The notes beneath the pieces are model-generated. The model had not been told where the DNA came from. It saw nothing but the letters and a program-made list of their open reading frames with translations, and made no database searches. This document shows positions 1-10,682 of a stretch of DNA of 56,855 nt, in pieces (positions within the stretch are counted from its first letter, which is position 1; every line of letters begins with the position of its first letter). This stretch comes from Cyanophora paradoxa CCMP329 (lineage: Eukaryota > Plantae > Glaucophyta), in assembly GCA_004431415.1 (NCBI GenBank), contig QPMI01000699.1, positions 1-56,855 on the forward strand, read 5' to 3'. Position numbers and translations under genes: made by a program.

Positions 1-746
1 TTTACGTCTACGTGCATCTGCCTGGCGGTTTCTCGCTTCCTGTAGCCCGTCTCCTTGCCCGTCCACTGCATGCCGAGGGCGTCCTTTCTCCGTATCGGTC
101 GCACCGCCGTCTTCTGGTACTCCTCCCCGAACCAGTCGTCCTTGTAGAAATTCGGCAGGCCGCCCTGCCCCTCCGTTTGCATGAACTTGATGAGGAAATC
201 CGACGCCCGCTTGCCGTCGAATTGCACGCGCGAGTAGTGCACCAGCGTGAGCAGGATGTGCGCGTGGAGCCGCCCCGACCGCGGCCCGTACTCGATGCCG
301 ATGTTCGCGTTGCCCTTCTCCACGTGCGTGTCGTACTGGTCGGACTTGAAATCGAAGCCCTTGGGGTTCGCCTTGTCGGGGTACACCCCCATCTTTATGC
401 ACCGCGCCAGCTGCCTGTCGTCGTAGAAGAGGGCCTCCAGCCCCCTGTGAAAGGCGTCCTGCACCTTGGAGCCCTCTCCCCTGCTCCGCGGCTTGTAGTT
501 GGTCTGGATGGTGATCATGAAATTCGACTCGCGCTGGGCCGATCCCTCCGTTCAGTTTCCTCACGGGCGCCGCGTCCAGCACCTTCTGGAACCACGTCTT
601 GTCGGGCGCCAGCACCTTGTCGTTGATGTTGCCCACCACGATGTGAGTCTCTACCCGGGAGCGGCCGGAGGCGTCCATGCGGAGGTGCGGGTTCGGGGCC
701 GGGCTTGCCTGTTTGCTGCTACGCCCCTCGCGATGAGGTTGAGCAT
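1..746 (-). CDS. HUH-superfamily (rolling-circle Rep-like) endonuclease; frameshifted near 441-445 and in the N-terminal part, runs off the window
   Basis: Manual minus-strand translation (not in the ORF track): motif I-like SNFMITIQTN (~498-527), then open from ~440 to base 1 with GIEYGPRSGRLHAHILLTL (HUH motif II, HAH at 258-266). The catalytic Tyr motif III is expected just beyond the window edge. Confidence 0.75.
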
Positions 747-835
747 GTCAGACCAAGGCCTAGAAAATTTTCCGAGGCTAGGGTGAGCTTCCACGTGGGG
801 CCCCGGGGTACGTTCACACCTCACCTGAGCCTCAC

Positions 836-1000
836 ATGAATCACCTGAGCAACGCCTTCTGTCACATCTGCGGCCTCACCTGCGGCTGGGACCCACTCGA
901 TTGCGCGAAGCCGTTTGCCACTTCTGCAAGGGAATAGCGCAGCTGCAGTACGAGGACTCGGAGGAATGGCAGACTCTGGCGAAGTCGATCTCCTGCTCCG
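836..1000 (+). CDS. Small Cys-rich (CxxC...CxxC) protein, frameshifted; end approximate
   Basis: ATG at 836 gives MNHLSNAFCHICGLTCG; a shifted frame continues EAVCHFCKGIAQLQYEDSEEW. Confidence 0.35.
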
Positions 1001-1774
1001 CAACTTCGAGCAGATCCAGCGCTACGGCGCCATCCTTCACGACGAGGGGGACCCAGACTTCGACACTCCGGCACCGTACCCCGCCGCCGCCGCCGCCATC
1101 ACCAGTTCCTACCTCGGGGCCGGAGAGCGCCCCCGCAAGCGCAACCGCCGCACCCAAGGCCCCCAAGGCGAAGCCGCTGTCCCCTGCGGAAATTGCGGCT
1201 CTACCGCCCTCGTTGGCGTTCACCTGGATGGGGATCTGGTTTGCCAAGGCTGCGGTCTGGTCCTGGATCTTTATTATCCGGACCATCAACCCCTGGCTGT
1301 CAGCGAAATCCACAGCAACTACCTGCGGAAGTACCACGTATCTGAGCGACTTAAGCAGCACTGCCTGGAGGATTCTCCTGTACCCGAGGACGTGCTGGCA
1401 GCTATTGCGAGGCGCATGGCAATATCCGCCAAGTTCTCCGGGCTCTGAAGCAGCAGAAGTACATCGAGCGCTGGGCGCAGATCAAGTGGCGCATCACGGG
1501 CGAGCGCCCGCCTCCGATGAGCGCGGAGGATATGGACCGGGTGCAGGAGATGTTCGCCCTGGTGGAGGTCCCCTTCAGCATGTTCAAGTCGCAGGGCAGG
1601 AAGAACATGCTCAACTACAACTACGTTTTCAGGCAGATTTTCGTGCTGCTAGATTTGCCCCAGCACCTCCCCTACTTTCCCTTGCTCAAGAGCAGGCAGA
1701 AACTCTCGGAGTTAGATTCGATTTGGAACAGGATCTGCGAGTACAACGACTGGCATTTCTTTCCTACTCTTTAG
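966..1774 (+). CDS. VLTF3: Viral late transcription factor 3 (poxvirus A2-like), frameshift near 1444
   Basis: Zn ribbon CGNCG...CQGCG, SNYLRKYHVSERLKQ, then KYIERWAQI...RKNMLNYNYVFRQIF...YFPLLKSRQKL...IWNRICEYNDWHFFPTL, the canonical VLTF3 C-terminus. Confidence 0.92.
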
Positions 1775-2118
1775 CTACTCTTTAGTGATCGCGGCGGCCT
1801 TCCGCTCGAGCGCCTGCTTGATTCCGAAGCTAGCGCTGGTAGCCTTGATTAGCATGTTCGTCTGCCCGTGTGTAAATCCGAGGATGAACATAATTCCGCC
1901 GGTGGGGTCGTCGTCGAAAACTTGAGGGTGAGCACGTATTTCGAGAGCAGGCCGAGGGAGAGGCCGTTGACGGCGACTTGCGCGGCGAGCTCGGCCGCGT
2001 GGCCCGCCCTATTTTCGCCTTCGTGCGAGGAGAAGGCGGCGTCGATGAGGGAGCCGGATGCCAGGCCGAGGGCGTACTGCACGATAGCCTGGGAGAGCCC
2101 TAGGAGCACCTTTGACAT
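1775..2118 (-). CDS. Small hydrophobic putative virion membrane/envelope protein (frameshifted)
   Basis: ORF 1849-2118 has hydrophobic helices; a shifted frame continues DDPTGGIMFILGFTHGQTNMLIK... to a stop at 1775. ATTTC motif upstream. Confidence 0.5.
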
Positions 2119-2153
2119 TTTCCTGGGGCCTCGGAAATTTTTAAGGGGCGCGC

Positions 2154-2497
2154 CTAGGCGTCGGAGTCCTCGTCCTCAGTCTCTTCCTCTTCCGAGCTCG
2201 ATTCCGAGGTTGCAAATCGTCCGGGTCGCGCACGTAAATAACCCTGTCTCCCTCTTCGTCTGTCATCTCTTCCGAGCTGTGAATCCTCGCTGCCCAGCGA
2301 CTCGGCCGCGGCCTCGTCCGCCGCCTCCGACGTGAGGCGCTCCCAGTTAATTCCCAGCGCGTCGCAAATCCTCTCCAGGGCGCTGCTGACCTCGCCGTCG
2401 TTAAAGGGCGAGGAGGGGTCGAGGCTGGCCTCCAGGAGGCAGTCGTAGCGATGGACTCGACGCGGAAGACGGAGGCGATGTGGGCGCTGGGCGACAT
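2154..2497 (-). CDS. Acidic hypothetical viral protein (frameshifted)
   Basis: Pieces of ORFs 2141-2497 and 2154-2507 join into one protein ending ESSSEEEETEDEDSDA. ATTTTTTC motif upstream. Confidence 0.45.
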
Positions 2498-2558
2498 GCT
2501 TACGCACGTGGCCTCAGAAAAAATCAGGCGAGGCCGCGGTGCTTCCTGAAATTATCTA

Positions 2559-3575
2559 TCATGCCGAGGAGCGTCTTGTCCACCGTGCCGTCGTCCGGAC
2601 CCACGAGATTTTCCCGTTGACGGTTTCGCCCTCCCAGTACTCCTTGGATCCGATTCGGAACGGGGGCGGCTCCTCGGCCTTGTAGACGTAAAGGACGTCC
2701 AGAGGGTTCGTAGAGTTGTTGGAAGAATCGATGATAAGGCAGTGGTTATCCTGCGTGTACTCGAGCAGGTAGTAGAAGGCGCGCTGGGATATGATGTCGC
2801 CCCACTCCTTTGCGAGGGCCTCGCGCTGCATCGCCTGCGAGCACTTGAAAATGACAGCCAGATCAGTATTGGAGCGCAGGACGGGATTGATGCCCTTGGC
2901 ATACTGCGTCGTGATAAGGGTCATGATTTTGTAGTGGCGCCCCGCCACGAACAGCTCGTTGAGGGCCTCGTCGTACCGCAGCCGCGCGTCGGAAATCACG
3001 TCGTCGAGCAGCACGAAAAATCGCGGGTCGACGGGATCTTCCTTTCCGGCCAGCACGTCTTCGGACTTGTTGTGCTGCATGATCGCCTGCTGTCTCCTGA
3101 ATAAATGGAAGAGCACGCCCGGGTTGTACTTGGGCCAGATGAAGCGCTGGGGTATGTACTGCTTCCAGTACCCGTTCAGGCGATCGGTCTGGCTGATTAC
3201 GATACCCCCCGGGAAGGTGCCCGAGAGGTTGAACATGAGATCGCGAAGGAAGAAGGACTTGCCCGTGCGCCGCTTGCCGACACAGACGACGGTGGCGTCG
3301 GACTTCACGGTGTTCACGTCGAACCATTTAAGTTCGGGCAGGCAGGCCATGCGCTCGATGCCGCCCGTCTTCGAGTTGTCGAGGAAGGCGTTGACCTGCT
3401 CGGGCGTGAGCTGCATGCCGTCCTCTGTCATGCCCATGGCGCAGCTGCGCGCGGCGGGGGCGGTGCCGAGCCCGAGCCCGAGGCCTGGCCGCGGGGCGGG
3501 GGCGCGGCGCTGCGCCTGCGGGCTGGCGCTGGGCTTGGCGCCTTCGGCTTCTTCGGCTTCTGGGTCCTTGGCCAT
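2559..3575 (-). CDS. A32: A32-like (FtsK/HerA family) genome packaging ATPase
   Basis: Walker A VGKRRTGKS, Walker B FVLLDD, GRHYKIMTLITTQY and PVLRSNTD motifs typical of the NCLDV/PLV packaging ATPase. Confidence 0.95.
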   Translation of the reverse strand: MAKDPEAEEAEGAKPSASPQAQRRAPAPRPGLGLGLGTAPAARSCAMGMTEDGMQLTPEQVNAFLDNSKTGGIERMACLPELKWFDVNTVKSDATVVCVGKRRTGKSFFLRDLMFNLSGTFPGGIVISQTDRLNGYWKQYIPQRFIWPKYNPGVLFHLFRRQQAIMQHNKSEDVLAGKEDPVDPRFFVLLDDVISDARLRYDEALNELFVAGRHYKIMTLITTQYAKGINPVLRSNTDLAVIFKCSQAMQREALAKEWGDIISQRAFYYLLEYTQDNHCLIIDSSNNSTNPLDVLYVYKAEEPPPFRIGSKEYWEGETVNGKISWVRTTARWTRRSSA

Positions 3576-3611
3576 TTACCCCCTTCATTCAGATTTTCTT
3601 GTGACCTCGGA

Positions 3612-4079
3612 ATGAAGATTCTCGGCGTGGATGTGGGGGTCATTAATTTCGCCTGGTGCCTCATCGAATTCGATCGCAGACAAAGAATCCCAGATTCTCG
3701 ACTGGCAAAAGATCGCCCTCTTCCGTCTGCGCGCTGCTGTGGCCGCCTTGTGGCGCGCCTGGTGAGGTTACTCGCGGCCATAGCGCCTTCGCCTTCCCGA
3801 CCAGATCGCGATCGAGGGCCAGAGGACGGGAATTAATCGCTGCATCGAGTGCACGCTCCACGCCCTCCGTACGGCGTGCGCGGATCGTGAGCCCGCGCGC
3901 CATCAAGCACTTCTTCAAGATCTCGAACCCGAGCTACAAGGAGCGCAAGCGCGGCGCCGTGGACAAGTGCCGCGACCTGTACCCGCCGAGCTGCCGATAT
4001 CGCGGATCGAAACGGCAAGCTTGACGACCTCTGCGACGCCTACTTAATCGCCCTCTACGCCGCCCTCAATCCGTTGTGA
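3612..4079 (+). CDS. ruvC: RuvC-like Holliday junction resolvase (poxvirus A22 type), multiple frameshifts
   Basis: MKILGVDVGVINFAWC (catalytic Asp), QIAIEGQ (Glu), YKERKRGAVDKC, and C-terminal KLDDLCDAYLIALY, read across shifted frames. Confidence 0.85.
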
Positions 4080-4270
4080 TCCATTGTGATTCTGGAGGCC
4101 GCAGATGGGATCGTCATGCCGTAAGCCGAGGCCCCTCTGCTGCGAAAATCTGCCGCTGCCCCAGACCAAGCGCGGCTGGGTGCTCAAGGCGGCGTCTACG
4201 TCTGCTGCCCCGGTGCGCCGTCCGCTACTACGCACTTTTCTGAAGGCTGTCTACACCGTAGCTAGATCCC

Positions 4271-4653
4271 ATGGAGCACGCCCACTACTGCTTCAAGTGC
4301 CGCTCCAACACCAAGCTCGCCAACGTCGAGGTGCGTACCAGCAAGAACAACGCCAGGTGGCCGTCGGCTCCTGCACGCAATGCAGCGGCCGCGTCTCGCG
4401 CTTCATGCGCCGGTCCTCGAGGAGGGGCCGGGAGACCAGCCCCCGCCGCAGCGCCCGCAGGTGGCCCACGCCACTGGCCCGGCCGCCGGCTCGAGCCAGG
4501 CACCGCAGCCCCTACGGTCCCGAAGCCCCCGCGGCGCCCGGCCAAGAAGACGGCGGCGCCGGCGGACGACTCGGCGCCCGCGAGAGCCAAGTCCCGAAGC
4601 GCCATCGCGCGCCGAAGAAGTCGGCGAGCGAGCCTGCGATTCTTCAGCAGTGA
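4271..4653 (+). CDS. DUF5679-like zinc-ribbon protein with basic tail (frameshifted)
   Basis: HYCFKCRSNTKLANVEVRTSKNN followed, in a shifted frame, by QVAVGSCTQCSGRVSRFM. Confidence 0.55.
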
Positions 4654-4871
4654 TTCGGCGGCGCAACTGCCCAGTTCACTGCTTCGTCTGCGACTACCCC
4701 CCACCTGCTTCCGGGCCACCTGCAGTTCGGCCACGAGATCACGGTGCGCGCGTGGCGGGCGGGCCCGCCTCGTCTGCAGGCGCTGCGCGCGCGGCCTCTT
4801 CGCCGACTTTCGCAGGATCCGCGACAGGGAGCTCACGGGCAGTATTTCTAAGTCCCTCCCCAAATTAAGAA

Positions 4872-5121
4872 ATGGCCTCCTGCTGTTCGATAGGGATATG
4901 TACCAAATGCGCAACCATTTCGAGGGCATCTACCCGCCGCGCGTGCCGCAGGAGCAGTTTCCGCGCCCGCACTACACGGACCACCGCACGCACGGGCTGA
5001 GCAGGCCGGGGGCCGCCCAGCTGCTGCAGCACCACGGGGGCGCGGCGGCGGAGCGCGACTGGTCGCCCCTCTGGATTATAGCGGGGATCCTGGTGGGACC
5101 TCCTCTTCCGACCCAGTGTAA
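4872..5121 (+). CDS. Small viral protein with C-terminal hydrophobic segment (frameshifted)
   Basis: LLFDRDMYQMRNHFEGIYPP...DWSPLWIIAGILVG; ATTTCTA motif at 4844. Confidence 0.4.
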
Positions 5122-5146
5122 TTTCTCAGTAGGGTGCTGTGCAACA

Positions 5147-5420
5147 ATGCCAGAGGCGCAGAAGAAGCCCGCGAAAAAGGCGCCCACGAACGGGCAGGAG
5201 AAGCCGACGAAGGCCGAGGTGAAGGAGGCGAAGGAGAAGCTGAAGGCCCGCCCGAATTCCTAAGGGGCCGAAGCCGCTGTACGAGGACGTCTCGCCCGGC
5301 GAAATATTCGTGGCGATGCGCCCGACGAAGCAGGGAAGAAGGCGGCGACAAGAAGGACGGAAGGACGACAAGGCCAAGACCGATAAAATTTCAAAGCCCA
5401 CCCCTAAGAAGAGCAAATGA
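5147..5420 (+). CDS. Small Lys-rich viral protein (frameshifted)
   Basis: MPEAQKKPAKKAPTNGQEKPTK... continuing to KTDKISKPTPKKSK*; AATTTCTC motif upstream. Confidence 0.4.
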
Positions 5421-7447
5421 GGGGGCTCGCCTCGCGTTTCGCGCCGCGCAACGTGCTCGCGATTCCGGGGGGCGGGGACTCGCACATCACGCCCTTCGAA
5501 AGCGATAAGTACGCCCACTTTCAGCAGATGGCGAAAACCGCACTATTCAGGGGCCGCGAGGCCCGGGATCGTCCAGAGGGCCGAGACGAGATCGAAAACC
5601 TCGCGAAAATCGAGGCGCAGGCCATCGCCAACGCCTACTACATTAACAAGTTCCAGCAGATGGAATCCTCGCTCGACCAAGAGTACGAGGAGGGTTTCCG
5701 CTCGTGGCTCATGGGCCAGTCGGCCTTCCATGGCCCGCAAAGGGCGGAAGGAGCAAGCGCCTGCAACGTTGACGGCGCGAACCTGACGATGCTACCAGGC
5801 GTGCGCGATTTCTGCAAGTCGAAGGAGGATCAGATCACTGAGTTCTTAAAGCGCAAGAAGCGGCTGGAGACCCTGGGTCCGATGAACCTCGAAGACGCGT
5901 ACTACTATTACAAGTACATCATCAACGGCGAAGAGTTCAAGCCGACGAGCATCTACGCGCGCGAGCCGGAGGATCCCAGACGCAAGGATTACTCCGATCG
6001 GAACACACAGCAGCCGTTCACGCAGGCCGAGCCCCCCGGAGAGAACGACGAGGGGCCGGGCCCAGACGAGAGCCGCCAGCCGGACAAGCGTGCCAGCGCG
6101 CGCAGGATCGAGGCGAACCTTGCCAAGTTGGTCAAGATTATCCGCGAGCAGAAGGAGCAGGCCGCACGCATTCACACCGACGACAACGAAGCCGTGCGGG
6201 AGGATGCCGCCGAGGCGCTCGGAAACCTTCCCAAGAAGGCGGCGAAGGAGGCCCTGATCCAATCGGCCCTGCCGGGTAAGAAAAACCGCGGGGGTGGGGG
6301 GGGCGACGAGGGCGGCGAGGGGGGCGACGGGGGCGGTGCGCCGCCCCCTGGGGACGGGGCTGAGGACGCGGAGGGTGACGTCGAGATGGGCGAGCCCCCC
6401 ACGGGATCCGGCGTAGAGGAAACCCCCAACCGCCCGCTGCGGCCCCGTAATCTAGAGGATCAGCTGAGAGGCGAGCCCGCCGCTGGCCCGAGCGGTGTGG
6501 CCGCCGAGCCCGAGGCCCCACCCCCCAGCGCCCCGGAGGCCATCCAAGCGGCCGTGGGGGCTGCCGTTCAGACCGCGGTAGAGGCCGCCGTGCAGGCCGT
6601 GACCGGGGAGGAGACCACGGCCGAGGGAGCTCGGCGCATGCGCAGGGCCGTCCGCCCCGAAGACACGCGCAACCTCCTTAAAACGAGCGGCAAGCGCGAA
6701 CCTGCTGAATTCCGAGACGAGGAACTTACAGAGCTTAAGAGGTCCAGGGCGGAATGGCTGAATGCGCTGGTGAATGGAAAACCCCCTCCCCTTGAAGGCC
6801 TTACCCTCACCGATTCCACCGGATACGAGTACTTAGACGTCGACGGACTATCGCGGAACTTTGCCGGGTTCTTGATGGCACGTGGGCTTTACCCCACCAG
6901 ACTTAGCGCAGCAGATCACCGCGCCGCCGTCCCGCAGCTGGCGAAAGTGTACCTTCAGGAAGTCAGTCGCCTTTTTAGCGGAAATCCCGAGATTACGTAC
7001 AGCATCGGGGAGCAGCTCGTCGACATCCGAGATGAGCTGAACGCAACCGCACAGTGGTTGTTCCGCAGCTACCGGAATCAGGAGAAAGAGAGGAAGATCT
7101 ACGGCGGGTGGGTTGAGCCGTTATACCCGAGCGGCGAGGCATCTGATCCCACAAAACGGTGGTCAGGGATCCCTATCCGGCCAGATGATTTCACAAGGGC
7201 CGAACCCGAGCCAACCCCTCGGTGGCTAACCGAGTTCCGGAAGCAGCAGTCTCTTCGTGAGGCCCGCGAAGCCCGGAATCGACGGTTGCGCCCCGAGGAT
7301 GAACCTGCAGTGGAAGAGTTACGAGGCTTCGGTGCAGATTTCGGACCCCTCCTGCCAGCTCGGATGATGGATATCCCACCAATTCAATTCACGGATATGC
7401 CGCGGACGTGGTACAGGCCTTCGCAGGGGCCATCGGGCGCCGCCTGA
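5417..7447 (+). CDS. 676-aa hypothetical viral protein upstream of MCP (putative virion protein)
   Basis: Long intact ORF: globular N-terminus (FRSWLMGQS...LGPMNLEDAYYYYKYII), low-complexity G/E/P linker, and a less GC3-biased C-terminal third. Confidence 0.8.
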   Translation: MRGLASRFAPRNVLAIPGGGDSHITPFESDKYAHFQQMAKTALFRGREARDRPEGRDEIENLAKIEAQAIANAYYINKFQQMESSLDQEYEEGFRSWLMGQSAFHGPQRAEGASACNVDGANLTMLPGVRDFCKSKEDQITEFLKRKKRLETLGPMNLEDAYYYYKYIINGEEFKPTSIYAREPEDPRRKDYSDRNTQQPFTQAEPPGENDEGPGPDESRQPDKRASARRIEANLAKLVKIIREQKEQAARIHTDDNEAVREDAAEALGNLPKKAAKEALIQSALPGKKNRGGGGGDEGGEGGDGGGAPPPGDGAEDAEGDVEMGEPPTGSGVEETPNRPLRPRNLEDQLRGEPAAGPSGVAAEPEAPPPSAPEAIQAAVGAAVQTAVEAAVQAVTGEETTAEGARRMRRAVRPEDTRNLLKTSGKREPAEFRDEELTELKRSRAEWLNALVNGKPPPLEGLTLTDSTGYEYLDVDGLSRNFAGFLMARGLYPTRLSAADHRAAVPQLAKVYLQEVSRLFSGNPEITYSIGEQLVDIRDELNATAQWLFRSYRNQEKERKIYGGWVEPLYPSGEASDPTKRWSGIPIRPDDFTRAEPEPTPRWLTEFRKQQSLREAREARNRRLRPEDEPAVEELRGFGADFGPLLPARMMDIPPIQFTDMPRTWYRPSQGPSGAA

Positions 7448-7474
7448 AAAATTTTCTCAACGCACCCCTAAACC

Positions 7475-9107
7475 ATGGCTTCCGCGCTCATCTCCACCCC
7501 CACGACCGCCCTCGCGCAGTCGCTCCTGAGCTCGAACTCGTCGGTGCATGTGCCCGACTCCTTCGACACGGCGACGCCGTTCGTGGACGAGGTGCTGGAG
7601 GTTAGCCCCGTGCAGGCCTCGCCCAATTTCGACACCGTCGTCGATTTCGTCGTGCCCCACTCCGGCCCGTTCATCTCCGACGTCTGGCTCCGGGCGACCC
7701 TGCCCGACCTTGCGGACGACACCAAATTTTACCTTCCCAAGGCCGGATTTATTTTGCTCAAGAAGGTCAAGGTGTTCGTGGGGACGCAGCTCGTGCACGA
7801 GTACGAGGGCGCCTACGATGCGATCTACGACGAGCTCGAGCAGGATCGCTCCCTCCCCCACAACGCCAACCTCATCAACGAGTGCTGGGCGCCCCAGCTC
7901 CTGCAGCGCCGCTCCAACCACGGGGCCATGAGCCTCACCATCCAAGGTGTTCGTGGGGACGCAGCTCGTGCACGAGTACGAGGGCGCCTACGATGCGATC
8001 TACGACGAGCTCGAGCAGGATCGCTCCCTCCCCCACAACGCCAACCTCATCAACGAGTGCTGGGCGCCCCAGCTCCTGCAGCGCCGCTCCAACCACGGGG
8101 CCATGAGCCTCACCATCCCACTGCGCATTCTCAACGGCTTCGGTCGCAAGAACGCCGTGCCCCTCTACAAGCTCCGTAGCACCGGCAACGACCTGAAGAT
8201 TCAGATCACATTTGCGCGCCTCAACGAGCTCAACGTCACCTACGCCTCGACGGCAAACCACACGGCCGGCACCAGCGCCGGCAACCTCGAAAGCGTCAAG
8301 CTCATGGTCCGCTACACGCACGTTTCCGCCTACGAGCTGAGCCTCCAGCCCAACAGCGTTACCTACCCCGGCAAGTTCATGCAGTCCTACGAGGTCGGCT
8401 TCAAGTCGGGCGCCGCGATTCGGCTGCCCTTCACCGGAGTTTGCTACGAGCTGGTGGTCGTTGTGCGCGATGCCACGCCGACGGCGGCGGCCAAGGAGTT
8501 CTGGAAGTTCCGGCCCCTCACGAAGATCGGCCTCAAGTGCGATAATATTAAGGTGGTGGACGACTCCGTCCTGGACGCGAATTTCATCCGCACTGTCATT
8601 TGTTCGCGCGAGCACCGCAACGTGCCGACGCGCAAGTTCCTCGAGCTGCTGCAGGGCTTCGCGGCGTCCACCGACGCGGAGGCGCAAAACCTGATTACGG
8701 CGCCCGCCGCCGGGGATGTCGCCTACGACGCAAGGGAGGCCGCGGCGCTCAAGGCCCTCCAGACGGCGCTCCTTGCCAACCCCTGGTCGGGCAACGACAC
8801 ACCCGTCACGACCGTGGAGACGCAGGACAGGACCAACAGCGACATTGTTCCCGCCTCGACCGCGACCGGCCAGTTCGGCGTCGAGTACATCTACTCGCTG
8901 CCCTTCGGCACCGAGGTCGGCGACGACACCAAGATGTTCGGCGGCCTGGACTTTGGCGCCTTCAAGACCGTCGAGCTCACCCTCACGACGGCCAAGACCG
9001 GCGCGGGCAACCCTCCCGCTGCCTTCGAGGGCCACGCCACCATCTACTGCCGCTACTACAACGAGATCAGCTACGTGGGCGGCGGCGCCTACCGCCGTTT
9101 CCAGTAG
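7475..9107 (+). CDS. MCP: NCLDV-type double jelly-roll major capsid protein, split by a 175-bp tandem duplication
   Basis: ISDVWLRATLPDL, KKVKVFVGTQLVHEYEG, LTIPLRIL...AVPLYKL...LKIQITF, YSLPF...GGLDF...VELTL, YYNEISYVGG. Removing one duplicate gives a single 485-aa ORF. Confidence 0.9.
7769..8118 (+). repeat. Exact 175-bp tandem duplication within MCP
   Basis: 7769-7943 is repeated at 7944-8118; 175 is not a multiple of 3, so it causes a frameshift. Confidence 0.95.
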
Positions 9108-9179
9108 TCGCCTAGCCCCCTCCCCTGTACGCCGATTTGAACCAATAAATTTTCCCATTGGGATCCTAACCGAGGCACG

Positions 9180-10295
9180 ATGACGAAGGGCCACTCTATG
9201 ATGGACATTGGGGAGGGCTCTAAGAAGCAGCGCCAGTCGCTGAAGAACGACCTGAAGGGCGAGGTGACGGGAATTATCGAGAAGTATGCACCCGGCACGA
9301 TTCTGCCCGAGGTGCCAGTTCCAGCGGGCAAAGGCGATGTGTACACGCCCGAGGACGTGGCCCGCGGCCTGGGCCAGAGCGGTACGGATACCAAGGCCCT
9401 GCCGGCCATGAAGTACACCCCGCAGATGGAGAAGCTGATGCGGATGGGCATTCGGCAGCAGCTGCAGAATGCCTATCCCAACCGTCAGATCAACGAGGAG
9501 GACGTTGAGAATGCGTTCGCGCTGCGGAAGGAAATCATGATTCGCGATTTCGACCAGTGGGCGATGACGGCCTTCGACCTGAAGCAGCCAGGCGTGGCTA
9601 AAATGCTCGAGGAATATTACCCCGAGCTGCTCGAGCGAATTACGAATATGATCGAGCAGGATATCGAAATTCAGCGTTTCGATAAATACCAGAAGGTTTT
9701 CTTCCCGATGAACTACGACGATCTTGTCATGAAGTGGGCACGCGAGCGCGGCTGGATCAAGACAATGGAAGAAATCGAGAAGGAGAACCTGCTCGGCCCT
9801 GCAGGCCGGTACGCCAAGGAGACGGCCGGTGGGGAGGGCCTCCGCGCCGGCTACACGCCCGACCTCTCGCCCATGTTCAACGCACAGACTGCGAACATTA
9901 GCAGCTCCGTCAACAGGCCCTACGGCCGCAACGACGTCGACTTCTCCAAGGGCAATCCGTTCGGTGCCATTCTCATGGATCAGCACGGCACGCGAGGCCC
10001 CGCGGTTGCGACTGCGACCCCGTACGCGGACCAGAACATGCTACCTGCCACGGTGAATCCCCGCCCGGGGCTAGATAGTTTAATCCCCGCCATTACGGCC
10101 AGTCAGCTTCAATCGACTCGTGGAAGGGGGACGGTAGCCGGGATGACAGAGGCTGCTCAGAATCCAATTCAAGCTGCGTTCCAGGCCCTCGTCCTGGGCA
10201 CCGAGACAGCACAGCAAAACATCCTCCGCGAAACCAATACCCGGAAGGCGGAGGCATATACTGCCGCCGCAGCCGCCCTGCAGCCTGGTCGCTAA
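9180..10295 (+). CDS. 371-aa hypothetical viral protein
   Basis: Intact ORF with viral codon bias; AATTTTCC motif upstream. Confidence 0.8.
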   Translation: MTKGHSMMDIGEGSKKQRQSLKNDLKGEVTGIIEKYAPGTILPEVPVPAGKGDVYTPEDVARGLGQSGTDTKALPAMKYTPQMEKLMRMGIRQQLQNAYPNRQINEEDVENAFALRKEIMIRDFDQWAMTAFDLKQPGVAKMLEEYYPELLERITNMIEQDIEIQRFDKYQKVFFPMNYDDLVMKWARERGWIKTMEEIEKENLLGPAGRYAKETAGGEGLRAGYTPDLSPMFNAQTANISSSVNRPYGRNDVDFSKGNPFGAILMDQHGTRGPAVATATPYADQNMLPATVNPRPGLDSLIPAITASQLQSTRGRGTVAGMTEAAQNPIQAAFQALVLGTETAQQNILRETNTRKAEAYTAAAAALQPGR

Positions 10296-10317
10296 TTTCT
10301 AACGCACACGCAAGCAC

Positions 10318-10647
10318 ATGGCAGCGACGGAGGCGACGCTGGGCGAGCAGATCGAGGCGCGCTGGGGCCGCTTCCTCGACCTGCTGGAGCCGGAGGCCAA
10401 GGAGCCGGGGGTGCGGGCGCAGATCCAGTCGCTGCGCGGTATAGGCGCCACGGCGGTCATCGTTCTATTTAGGAGGCACATCAACGCGGAGGCCGAATTC
10501 ATTAAGGCACGGGACGATCAAGTTTTCGCGAAGCTGCCGCAGGAGTACGCCTCGGCCGTGCGCTCGCTCTTCTACGGGAGCGGGCCCGAGCTGCGCGAGA
10601 AGCTGTGGCTTTACATCGAGCTCTTCGTCGAGCTGACCTCGGAGTAA
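10318..10647 (+). CDS. 109-aa hypothetical viral protein
   Basis: Intact ORF ending KLWLYIELFVELTSE; AATTTCTA motif overlapping the upstream stop codon. Confidence 0.75.
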   Translation: MAATEATLGEQIEARWGRFLDLLEPEAKEPGVRAQIQSLRGIGATAVIVLFRRHINAEAEFIKARDDQVFAKLPQEYASAVRSLFYGSGPELREKLWLYIELFVELTSE

Positions 10648-10682
10648 AAATCCGAGGAAATTTCTAAGGGGCAAGCGTAACG

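Noticed and set aside
12-626. 204-aa plus-strand ORF
   Set aside because: Antisense shadow of the GC3-rich HUH gene on the minus strand.
7935-9986. 683-aa minus-strand ORF
   Set aside because: Antisense shadow of MCP and the next gene; no motifs of its own.
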